Shown in pieces: positions 52,655 through 64,000 of a stretch of 64,000 bases of DNA. Both the position numbers and the translations under genes were made by a program. The first letter of the stretch is position 1, and each line of letters starts with the position of its first letter. This DNA comes from Bugula neritina (taxonomy: Eukaryota > Animalia > Bryozoa). Location: the NCBI GenBank assembly GCA_964035545.1, contig OZ037766.1, positions 11,460,722 to 11,524,721 of the forward strand, read 5' to 3'. The notes under the pieces are model-generated. The model did no database searches, was not told the origin of the DNA, and worked only from the letters and a program-made list of their open reading frames with translations.

Positions 52655-53214
52655 CTATTGCCATTTCATAATTTTTCATATATTATTATATATGTGTATT
52701 TTGTAATTTATTACATAAAATATTTGATTAAGTCATGATTTTGTGCTCATGGATACGAGATATGTGCATTAGTTTGTGTTAAAAAAAAATTTGAAAAGCG
52801 ATTTTGCAATAACAAATATAAATAATCAACCACTTTGTTTTATAAAATAAACTTTTAGATGACATATATTTGAAAACGATAAGTATATAATTAAACTGAC
52901 GTTATGATGAAATATAAGAATAATTATGATAAAGCTTCAAAAATGCATTATTTGAGTTTTTTACATTTAATTTTAATGCATGCTTTAAATCTGTTATAAT
53001 ATATAGTCATTCGTTTTTTCAACACAATTAACAATTGTGGTCAAGGTATGCTGCATATTTCTATTTATGCTAAATAAATTTATGAAATTTAGTGCCAAGC
53101 TTCATTTACGTAAACTGCTTTGTTTTATTTAATTGTTTTTAGCACACCTATCAGTTTTCCTCAGACTTTGATCACTGACAATAATTATTGTAACAAATTA
53201 TTTATACTGTCTTG

Positions 53215-53500
53215 ATGAGCGGTTCAGAATATCCAAAAGCATTGTGGGAGTTGTCTCCCCAGAGTTAAACAAACTCTGGAGAAGTTAATCACGATCTCAT
53301 AAAAGCTGCATAGCAGTCAATCCAGTTAAAAGGCTCGAGATACAGATCGCTCTTCATTAGATAGTAGTAAAATAGCGAGCGTGCAAAACATCACGTTGGT
53401 TTGAGCTCAACTAAAATTGAGTAGACTTTGGGTGCTAGAGCCTTCTATGATATTTGTTGAAGAAATTGAAGCCATCAATCTACTTCTAAACTAAAGTAAG
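53215..53500 (+). promoter_or_regulatory. Putative WNK promoter / first non-coding exon
   Basis: CpG-bearing patch, ZNF143/STAF-like site GCATTGTGGGAGTTGT (53239-53254), and a strong donor AAA|GTAAGT at 53495/53496. Confidence 0.5.
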
Positions 53501-53539
53501 TAAATGTGCGATAAATATATAATTTGTTGGGCTCAAAGT

Positions 53540-54110
53540 CATTGGGTGACACTGACAGTGACACTCTGAACTGACAGTGACACTTAGAGTTACTCAGTTA
53601 GACTTACTCTTAGTCACCTACCCTGACACAGTGACAGTGACTACCACTACCAGTAGTGTACGGGCAATAGAAGTACTAGTTTGAGTTAACACTGTTACTA
53701 GTTAGTGGTTACTACTACTAGTGTGACAGTAGACGTAGTAGTCAGTAGACGTAGTACTAGTAGTCAGTAGACGTAGTAGTCAGTAGACGTAGTAGTCAGT
53801 AGGCGTAGTACTAGGTCTAGTAGTCAGTAGACCTAGTACTAGTAGTCAGTAGACGTAGTGCCAGTAGAACTAAATGTAGTACTAGTTGTACTTCAACTTG
53901 CAGTGGTACTGGTAGTCCCACACATGTGACTGTCACTATGACTATGAATGGGTGTCAATATCACACTCAGTATCATATCAGTAGGAGTATCAGTATGATC
54001 ATGACATTGACTGTATACTGTATAGTGTAACTGTATGAGTAGTGACTGAGTAGACAGTCTGAGTCTGATATCAATACTCATAATCATATTGATATAATAA
54101 TAATCGCTGT
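53540..54110 (+). repeat. Low-complexity AGT/ACT/GAC tract at the start of the putative first WNK intron
   Basis: GACAGT/GACACT, AGTAGT and ACTATG/AGTATC runs. Confidence 0.8.
53727..53870. repeat. 16-22 bp tandem repeat (CAGTAGACGTAGTA[CTAGTA]GT)
   Basis: About 7 copies inside a larger low-complexity tract. Confidence 0.9.
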
Positions 54111-55959
54111 TGATTTTTACTCATTTTGCAATTACATTTAGTGATTTACATCTAATCAGTAAATCAGTAAACTTGTTTTGTGCTGTCTTAGCTTGTGTCA
54201 CAATCTGAATCACTACCAGTTGTATGACTACTCAAACTTACATTGTGAAGAAGCTCTGCATTAATGCTGATATGATTGAACATATATCTAGAGCTATTAA
54301 TAAATCTGATAGAATAATACGTATGTATGGTAATACTAATAGTAGATGAATTTGAAGTAATAAAAGTTTTAAGAGAGAGCAATTTGAAATACAAATAATG
54401 AATGGATCGGCACCTTTTTCAGCTTTGCTTGCCATTTACGATAAACCGTAAGTTTACAATGCACCCAATCCTATTCTAGTAAATATTTGTTAACCTCTAG
54501 GTTTTTGATACTAAATGTTCTATGCAGTCTAAGGAGTTTTACGATATTCTCTGTTCATGCTCATAGCCAGTAAATAAAAAGCTAAATGTAAATTATAGTT
54601 ATATTATTACTTGAAGCTGGCAGAAATAGAATAAGCTAAGATGCATTTAACCTATAGTTTTGGTTAACTTGTATCTGTTGGTTATCATGTTCATCAGATA
54701 ATTTCATGCATTTTTTAAAAATGTGCAATTGAATATTTTAAATGAAATAAACAGATCAATGATTTTTCATTTGGGAAATAGGAATAACTAATTATTTTTG
54801 TATCTTTAATTTAACCAACTTCTTTTTTAAGACATAAAATAATTTGTAATAATAATTTATCATAGCTGCAATAGCATGTTATTTGATAGACTTTTGGAAA
54901 TAAATGTAGCTTTTTTCTAATAGAGAAATAAACCATTGTGTATAAGCTGAAAACGTAGCTATGGGAATAATAAAACAATACTCAACAGTATGTATTTTAT
55001 TTTTGAAAATATAATTAAAAGTATATGCATTAGCAAAAAATTAAGTAAAAGTTAGCTAATAAAATAAATTCAATATTTGACTTTTCAATAATTAATTTTG
55101 CTGTCAATCAATAAATCATGAATCTTATAATTACATTTTTCCACCATGCAAAGCATCCCCTTCCCATTTTCAAGGTAGGGTTTCTTAATGGTTATGCATT
55201 TGCATATATTAATTTTCCTAATATATGTTTTTTTGAGTAAAGTTATTGACAGTCTCTTAATAATAGTGACTGTGAATAAATGAAATAAATCACATATATA
55301 ATTACTATTTTTATAAAAACCCAGAGTTTTGCATAAGTCCATTAAGTTCAAGTTGAATAAAAATGAGTCAAAAAAGAATTTAACTTAAAAGTGCTAGTTA
55401 CTTAATATATTACAAGTCATTCTTTTAAATTTCAAAGTAAACCGGATTGTTGAATGGATTTTATTAGAAGCAGCGTTAAGCTCATGGCCATTTATAGTAT
55501 ACTTAGAAAAGTTAATTACAGTATTTCGAAAATAGAAAACTTTGTTGTTTCAATATGATTGCGGCTGTTAATATCTAATTTTGGAAAAAAATCTGAAAGA
55601 TATTTGTGAATCGCATATTTTTAAAAATGTAAATCGTTTCGGGTGTAGTAATTACCTTACAAGTAATATTGTTGAAAGAAGCTTAAGGTTTGTTCAAGAT
55701 TTCAAACAGCTTGCTGGGATTTAATGATTTGCAGTGAGATACAAATAGTAAAGACTGTTTTCAAGGTCTAGACACTAGATTCCTTTGATAATTAGTGTTG
55801 TTGCAAGTAGGGACAAAATCTTGATATTGTAAAACCTCATGTTACACTCTGCTAAGCAATGATAGCTGTATTAATAAGTCTGTGAGCTTGCAGTGGGCAG
55901 GAATTTGTTATACCCTGATGCAAAAAAGCTGTGGATGTTCTTATATATATTGAATAGTA

Positions 55960-56182
55960 TGTATTATAAAACATTATAGTATATGTTATATTATATATTA
56001 CAATATGTTGAATGTATTACATTATAATATATATTATAGTATATATTATACTACATTATAGCATATATTGTACTGCATTATAATATATATTATAGTACAT
56101 TATGATATACGTTATGAGATGTATTATAGTACATTATAGTATATATTATAGTATGTTATGGGATATATTATAGTATAATATG
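55960..56182. repeat. AT-rich 11/22-bp tandem repeat
   Basis: Units like TACATTATAGTATATATTATAG. Confidence 0.85.
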
Positions 56183-56633
56183 TTAGAGGAAAGAAAAGTT
56201 AACTATTCAATTTGTTGAGGAGCATGGCCTGTAATGGGCTTAGCCCTGATTGATAAAAAATCACCCGATAGTACTAAGTTTCAATAACCCAAGTTGTTTT
56301 AGGGAATGCTTTCCAATGTATTACCTAAAACTAATTTACTTGTCAGATACTTGGCCTATGGCTTGCAATATTAACAATTTTCTTGCTAAGAGTGGCAATT
56401 TGTAAGGTGAAGCAGTTTAAAATATAAGTTTGAGTAAACATTGACTTATAGTGCTGGTAATTATATGGTGCTACAGTTATTACAGTTAGGACTATTAGCC
56501 AATGTCTCAACAAGTCCCCTGTAAGCTAATAACATGTTCAACTTTGTTTAGTAAATTAGCCCTGCACATAATTCTTCATACTTAGGGTAACAATTACTGT
56601 TTATAATGCTGAACAAAGGACAGATGTTACCTT

Positions 56634-56689
56634 ATTCTCACAGTTTCTCACTGTTTCTCACTGTTTCTCACAGTTTCTCACAGTTTCTC
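56634..56689. repeat. Decamer tandem repeat (CWGTTTCTCA) x5-6
   Basis: Directly visible. Confidence 0.9.
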
Positions 56690-57735
56690 GTTCAGTCCTT
56701 ACTGGACAGATGTCCTTCTGTGATTGGCTCTAAGTTTGCAGGGTAATATCTTTGATAAACAAGGCTATCCTAACCAAGCAATTTACTGTGTCATGTCACT
56801 TAAGTTTAAAACTGCTTAAATAATCTAAAGAGAAAATGCAGCATTTTAGTTGTAAAGTGCATTACTGATATCTTGAAATTATTTTGGTCATGTAGTGATT
56901 CCTAACTTTTTAAAATCGAATCATTCTTTTTATTTGCTAGAATCTAGATATTTGTTAGTGATTGTAATTTTGTCATTTCTCCTGTAATTTCCCCAAGTGT
57001 TTATAATCTGAGACTTTCTTTTTATCTTACACACTAAGAAGGGTATGCTTGTCTGTGCGTTGTTAGAGTTGTATCTTATTGAACATTTTTATTTAGCCCT
57101 CCAGCTTGATGTTAGTGAACTTGATTTTTAAGTAAATGCATTAAAATAATTTTGTACAATTTTGGAGTTATTTCTTTTCATCATATTTTGCAGTGAGTAA
57201 TGTATTCAACTCTGTAAGTGCCTAAGCTTCTAGGGTTTATACTACGCTGTACATTCATTCCAATGATATGTATCATTACAAGTTTGCAAATCTTGCATTA
57301 ATCAAATTTAGCTTCATTGCCTTCAGCATCTGTAATTTTGTTACCTTGTTTTTTAGACTGGCTGTCTAACTGCAGCTGTGATGAAAGAAGTGCCTGTAAA
57401 CTTCTGACTGAAACTCATCAATAAACATTGAACATTAGCATAAGTACATACCTAGCTGACTGTTGACAGCTAGTAGCAGGTGTCTGCTTAGCACTGAACT
57501 ACACCATCTACAACATGGGACTCTTCTAAGAGTGATAGTCACGGCTTTTATCTCCTGGCTGCCATGAGGTTTTGACAATGAGTCGTAAAATGAATAGATA
57601 TAAGAAGATGGGATTATGAGATTCATGGCCTATTTTCATTTAAATATGCTTTTGCAACTTATGATGTCCAATAGTACTTAAATTTGTTGATTTCATTGAA
57701 TCTGTAGACATCAATTATCCCGCCAAACAATCACA

Positions 57736-60700
57736 ATGAATGTGGAGACGTTACCTACAAAAGTTATGCAGTCTCAGGCTACTAATATACGAAACCCAAC
57801 TGATTTTGTTGACCAGTTCAGTGGTGGTGGTGAAAGGCATAATATCTTCCCACTTTTATCCCACAATTACTCACATGGAGAATTAAATAGATCTACATCT
57901 TGCAACAACAATAAAGGACTTGTATTGAATTCGCAAATGACTGCTGGGCAACCTTCGGATAGAAAGACATCTCTGTCTTCACCAACAGCTGAAGTATTCT
58001 TTCCTCCTGTTGATAATTCTACTAGGAGGGGGTCTCTGGTGGACCCTAAGACTGGTGTTACCAGAAAATATATCAAGCTGGATGAAGAAATTGGTAGAGG
58101 GTCGTTTAAAACTGTTTACAAGGGGTTGGACTGCGAGACAGGTGTGAATGTTGCCTGGTGTGAATTGATGGTGAGTTTTTATATGTACATGTACTCTTGC
58201 TTATATGTATGCCTTGGTTAAAGGCATGGCATGCTTGCGATGAGGTAGTTATACAACTGTAGATGTCACATCAAATGCCAGACTTTTTGTTGAGTTATTT
58301 ATAGCCTACACTTGCAGCTGATGATATTTTTTCCCATTTTCCCATGTTTTGTATAATATTTTGTAAATAATGTAAGTTAAAAGTATTAAACAAGAAACTA
58401 TCTTTCTACAGCACACTCTAAACATTTGTATTGTTTTTGATTTTTATTTAAACTTGTGATAAACAGTAAATTTTCAGAATGCTATAGGCTACTGGTTAAT
58501 GCTAAAACACTTCTCCTGCGATGACAACTGATATTTTGCTCACTTCAGGATGTTGCAAGGAATACTAAAGCTGCCAGGTTAAAATTCAAAGAAGAGGTTG
58601 AAATGCTAAAAGGCCTACGACATAGGAATATCTTAAGATTCTACGATTCCTGGGAACACAACAAGAAAATAGTGTTAATCACAGAGCTGATGACTTCTGG
58701 AACTTTAAAACAGTAAGTTTACTGCTTTCCTGATATTTCTATCGGAAATATTTTCACTTCTCCTGGCAGGTGTGAGTTTATTCTGTATTTAAAATTAAAC
58801 AGCTCTGATGGATGTACTTTAGGTTTCAGACTTGCATGTATTTTGTACTGGAAAAATAATATTACAAAACAAGAAGACAAAATACTACCTTTGAAGTATT
58901 ATTGAACCCTGCGTATTGCCTTCAAAGGATGTCTTTTGCCCTCCTATATGGTGAAATATACACACTCTGGTGTACATATCTGTAAGCCAGGTGTATTTGG
59001 GTAATATCAAGCTTCTTGTTGATATAAAACTGCTAGTTGGCAGAAAGCCTGCTGTGTGTGTAAAGTGTATAGTTTATATTCTAGTTTGTTTGCCAACACT
59101 GTCTAGTTTCTGAGCATTTATTGAAGTTAGGTAAGCTGTAGTCTGCACAGTTACTTTACCAAATCTAGCTACATTTAATCACTGACTTGACACTCAATTT
59201 GTAAACAATAAGGCTGACAGATTGATGTATGACATTCCTTTTTAGTCACCTGTGTTGTTTTTCAGGTACATTAAAAGGTTTAGGAAAGTCAATGTTAAGC
59301 TCATAGCCAACTGGTGTAGGCAGATTCTGAATGGCTTAGTGTTTCTACACACCAGAAAGCCTCCTGTCATTCACAGAGATCTGAAATGTGACAACTTCTT
59401 TATAAATGGTCAGACTGGGCAAGTGAAGATTGGAGATATGGGTCTTGCTATCCTAAAGCCACAGTCGTATGCTCGAACAGTAATAGGTAATGACTGGCTC
59501 ACTGCAGTGCTAACCTTAATAGATTCACAAGTTTTAAAACCTTTTATTGCAAGCGCTGCAGATGATTTTTTAGGTACTCTAAGTTGAAATATCTCCTAAA
59601 CACTTTGAAATTCTTGGTTGCTAGTGAAGTAGTTCATTTTCTCCCAAATACAGTAGTTATTTTCCCATCTTCCATGTTTGTTTATCTTGCTCCTGTTTAT
59701 TTATATATATGGTTTGTAAGAAAGGAAGTAAACAAGCATGTTCAGTCTCATAGATAACCTTGTATTTCAATATAGCCTAAATATATAACAGTCTCTCCAG
59801 CTATGTGCTGATAGAAGCTTACTTGCCATGCCAATGCCGAATTCTTTGCAAGCTATTCTGAAATAATCATATATTCATGGAATAGTTGCTAATGGTATTT
59901 GTAATTGGGCTGTCAACTCCCAGTGAAGTTTAGCAATCTATGTTATGTTGGTCTGTACTTGATTAATCATATAATCATTACCTCCCTTAAGAATGTTATT
60001 TTCCAGCCTGGTCTATTTATTATTAACATTGCTTAAAAGTTGGAAATGGTTTTTATTAAACTTTCACACCTCCTGGCTATTGAGGTAGGTGTAGTAATGG
60101 AGAAATTGAGAAAAGCCTGTGTTCTAGATATAAAAAGTAGCAAAAGAAGTAATGTTCGCACAAGAATTTTAACCTGCACCCCAAACCAAGTTTAATAAAA
60201 GATTAAAAGAGCTTAGCCTATCTCAATATCTCAGCTACTGCTCTTAAGTGTAGGATTCTGTAGCAGCCATTGTACTGTGTAGGCACCCCTGAGTATATGG
60301 CTCCAGAGATGTATGAAGAGCACTATGACGAATCTGTAGATGTGTATGCGTTTGGCATGTGCATGTTGGAAATGGCTACATTGGAATACCCTTACAAGGA
60401 ATGTACAAATCCAGCTCAGATATATCTCCGAGTAACCAAGGTGATTATCACATGAATGTTATCACCCCTTGCTGTACATATGTTTCTATGTATCTTGCTC
60501 TACGTGTTTGTTCATGATGATGTAATTATGCAGCTGTAGATGGTACAGCCCTGAGCTCAAGTACAATGTACGATTAAGTTTGCACCACCACCGATGGCAC
60601 AATCAACTTCTTAGTAAAAACCACCAACACAACCCCTTTCTAGCTGTATTACAATTAAATATTCTAGGTTACTCTACAGTCTACACGGTGTTTAACATAT

Positions 60701-63700
60701 TCTCTGCCTATCATATTTGAGAAATTATTTGAATTCAACCTTTAAAAAATATGACCTGTTATCTTTCCATTTAGGAGCAGTAGTGGAGAAATTGAGATAG
60801 TGTAAGTTTTTTAACTTTTTATTAAATTTTGATTTGATTTCTCATAAGTTATGCTACATTTCTAATCTAGAACACAGGCTTTTCTCAGTTTCTCCATTAC
60901 TGCACCTACCTCTATTTTTCAAATACTTGGAAAAGTGCTTTTTCAATCAGAAATAGGTTGTTGTTGGCGCATTCTATACTAAAGCATGTGTCCTTGAACA
61001 TGTGTTGATTGCTGGAGAACAATCGAGCATTTATTTTTGTATCAAACTGTTGGTATACAGCTGCAAATAGCTTTACTAGCCCTCCTGGTTTTTGAACATT
61101 CCTCCGCAGGACTGTGAGGTGCTGGTATGACTTCTGCATTCTATTGCAGAGCCCTACTTCATGTACATCAGTAAGCAGAGTGTAATGATCTAGCAAGTTA
61201 TGTTATTTCAAAGGATACATTATTTCCAACTGTTGTTTGTGGCTCTTAAAATTGGCATTGAGGGACATAAATAAGAGAAATAAGTAAACCAGTGTGTGCA
61301 TCAGCTTAAATAATAATTTGTATAGAATTTGGGCCTAGCAGCTCTAATAATGATAGCTTTGTATTTACTAAGGGACTTGTGTTGGCTCCGTGCCAACAGG
61401 TTCACAGCTGGCTGCCAACTGGTTTGAACTGGTGAAATCTACATATAGTATGGTTAGGATGAATGAATGCAGACAGTATTATTGTAACGTGAAGGCTTTA
61501 GTTGCTACATTTATGCCCTTCAAGGGTAATTTCTGTTTGTCCAGACAAATTTTCTGTCAAATGCATTCTACTCTCATGTTGTATTATGTTATTTTATGGA
61601 GTGATTCATAAAATTGTCCTTGGGGGAAAGATAAGGACAGCCGATTTTATATATATAGTGTGAATTGAAACTACGCCATGCTGATAAAATATGACGTTTA
61701 GAGGGTGTTGTTAATAAAATATATTTGGGTGCTAGAAAAATTGATGCAACTGTTCTAGCTTTTAAGTCAATTTTTATTCAACATAATTTGGCGATACATG
61801 AAAATTTTAATTTGAAAATTATCTAAAAGATATACAATAATTTTCTTGGGTTCACAACTGTAGTTTTTACAGGATATTTCTGTTTAACAGGGCAGAAGAC
61901 CAGAGAGCTTGCAAAGAGTGGAGATCCCAACCATTAAAAATATTATAGAGAGGTGCATAGAGACCCAGCCTACAGATAGGTATGATTCAGTATAGTTCTA
62001 AGGCTATACAGTGATGTCAAGAAAGGTTAACTTAAGCTATCAAATTGTTATTATATGGAGATGTTCTCCTGAAAATGACTTGAGTTGTTGCCACAAGTAA
62101 CAAACAGATGCTGTTAATTGTTACTATAGCGACGACGGTTGTACTTATGGGGAAAGGTACAGACAGGGCTAAATGTCAAGGTGCTGTGATTTGAAGAAAC
62201 TTAACTTCCTATGTTTATAGTGGCTGGTGGTTATCTACATCATACATTAATTGACCTGATACCCTGCATGCTATCAAATAAACAAAATAGTGTCAAAATG
62301 CTGGATAATAAGCATTACCGCTGTTATTCTGTGTGCGAAGGAAGCAATGCTTAGCACATCCTAAAGTGACTTCCCTGCTCATACAGAGTAAAATTATCAG
62401 ATTACTGGGTCCAACTATTGTCACTATTGTCCCGACAATCTAGATTTTAGTAGAACAATAGCTGTGTTTGATAGTTTGCTAGTATTTGTTTGTCATTTTC
62501 ATCAGTGAAGCTCACCACTTTAGTAGTTTATAATGCAGTCGGTAGTAGTAACAAAGCTATAATAATCCATAGCATATCAATTCTTGCTGTGAAAAAAGAA
62601 GAAACTTGCCTGGCTGTGAGGGTGATTGCTAAAGCCAGCGTTGTAGCCGATAGATATAAATATACACAGGCTGGGAAGGTTGCTATTTCAGTGACATGCC
62701 ACTGCTTGTTTGTGGAAGATTGATGACACAGTATAAGATGATGTCAACAGCTGCCAACTCCTTGTCATCCCATTCTCGTCTAGTAACTGAGAGATTTCAA
62801 TAGCTTCAGTTCTTAAACTTGGAGTGTATATTCAAGCTCTCTTAATAACATAGCTTCTTCTGCAGTGTTTCTCTTCCAGAACACAGCCTTTTTCCAAACG
62901 TAGTACCCATTACTCCACCGTGTGAAAAGCTACTTTCCAATCCCATAGATTTGGTAATAAATTGTCAAACACAGAGTTCTTACAAAATGTGCGTGTATGC
63001 AATATGTATAATAGAAAACTGATGAGTAAGCAGCAGTTAATTTATAAACCAGCTAAAGAATTACTATGAATCCATTCAAGGTGGGATGTCAGGCTTGTAT
63101 AACAAATATATTGTTTTGTAATGATTTGGGGAATGCAAGGACGGCTATAAATCACCATGTTGGACTTGAACCTCACTTACGGTTCAGCTTAATTGTGGTG
63201 TTGCATAGATGATTGGTGCAGTACTCTTGGGAGAGATCCACGAAAATAGAATGGTATTTTGGTGTAGATATGACTGTAAGCAGCCTAGAATCACTAGTAC
63301 CCCCAGGGAATCTTTGGTGCTTTGTCAGTGTCAATATTACTCAAGTTTTATGTTATAGTTAATGTAACTTGATAGTAAGATATGAATGTTATATAATTTC
63401 AGGACTGCAAATTAAATAAAATGAACATATTTTAGAATGAAGGCTGCAGAGCTGCTGGAGCTGGACTTCTTCAATGAATGGTCTGTACACTTGGATTGTA
63501 CAGTAACAGGCAAAGCTGGGGTCCTCAGATTCACACTAACTGATGATGTTATAAAAAGTAAAAGAGAACTGCAGAAGGATGGTCAGGCTGTACAGTTTGA
63601 CTTTGACATGTACACTGACAACCCGAAGGCAGTGGTTGAGGAGTTGGTATGTATCTGTTGTATCTGTAGTTTAACAGACTCAACCATACCGAGTTCTTAT

Positions 63701-64000
63701 CACCAATGTTATAGCACTTGTGTTTCACATGACAACTTTATAGCACCCAAGATATGTGGTTAAACTATTTAATTCTAGGTCAGTTCGGGCTATCTAGATA
63801 AAGGCAATGTCAAAGTGGTTGTTAAAATTATGCTCGACAAGATTGCCTATTTCAAAAAGCTGCACTTGTCCCGTTCCAACTCCTACAATGTGGAAACCTC
63901 TGGAGTGAGTCCAGATGCCATCTGCGGTCTGGCATCTTCAGATAAGGTGGAAAGTAATACGAGTTTCAAGTGTCTGTCTTCAACTGATGTCGGTGAAAAA
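57736..64000 (+). CDS. WNK: WNK serine/threonine kinase, 3'-truncated by the window end (500 codons present)
   Basis: Exons 57736-58170 ([11 protein letters not shown] with the beta2 Lys; VAWCEL with Cys in place of the beta3 Lys), 58549-58712 ([10 protein letters not shown]), 59266-59486 (IHRDLKCDN), 60283-60440 ([17 protein letters not shown]), 61891-61979, 63436-63646 (post-kinase autoinhibitory/CCT-like domain), 63779-64000 (open to the end). Confidence 0.96.
62250..62950 (-). mobile_element. Possible heavily decayed Tc1/mariner transposase relic in a WNK intron
   Basis: Broken minus-strand frames give, in the expected order, [48 protein letters not shown] and FLRTQNN. There are many stops and no TIRs were found. 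Confidence 0.3.

Overview
AT-rich, intron-rich animal genomic DNA, probably an invertebrate; the taxon cannot be fixed from sequence alone. I spliced four genes by hand, with intron phases consistent throughout: (1) a 28-coding-exon peroxidasin on the minus strand (35973->9186, ~1452 aa; signal peptide, LRRs, 4 Ig domains, heme peroxidase domain, no recognisable C-terminal vWC domain); (2) a PGC-1/PPRC1/spargel-family coactivator on the minus strand (44902->38972, ~698 aa; DHDYC, LxxLL, RS-rich region, RRM); (3) a divergently transcribed C6orf163-like coiled-coil gene on the plus strand (48011->52654, ~349 aa); (4) a WNK kinase on the plus strand (from 57736, running off the window end). The first ~8.7 kb has no recognisable gene, only promoter-like islands, low-complexity tracts and decayed ORF-like fragments. 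Introns hold tRNA-derived SINE heads, a MITE-like element, a possible Tc1 relic and tandem repeats. No prokaryote-type system, CRISPR array, rRNA or intact tRNA was seen. The most interesting signals are strand-oriented hexamer tracts beside promoter-like islands, a tandem array that duplicates a peroxidasin splice donor, a Leu->Met change in the WNK chloride-sensing DLG motif, and apparent C-terminal losses in peroxidasin and PGC-1. All family assignments come from remembered motifs, not database searches.
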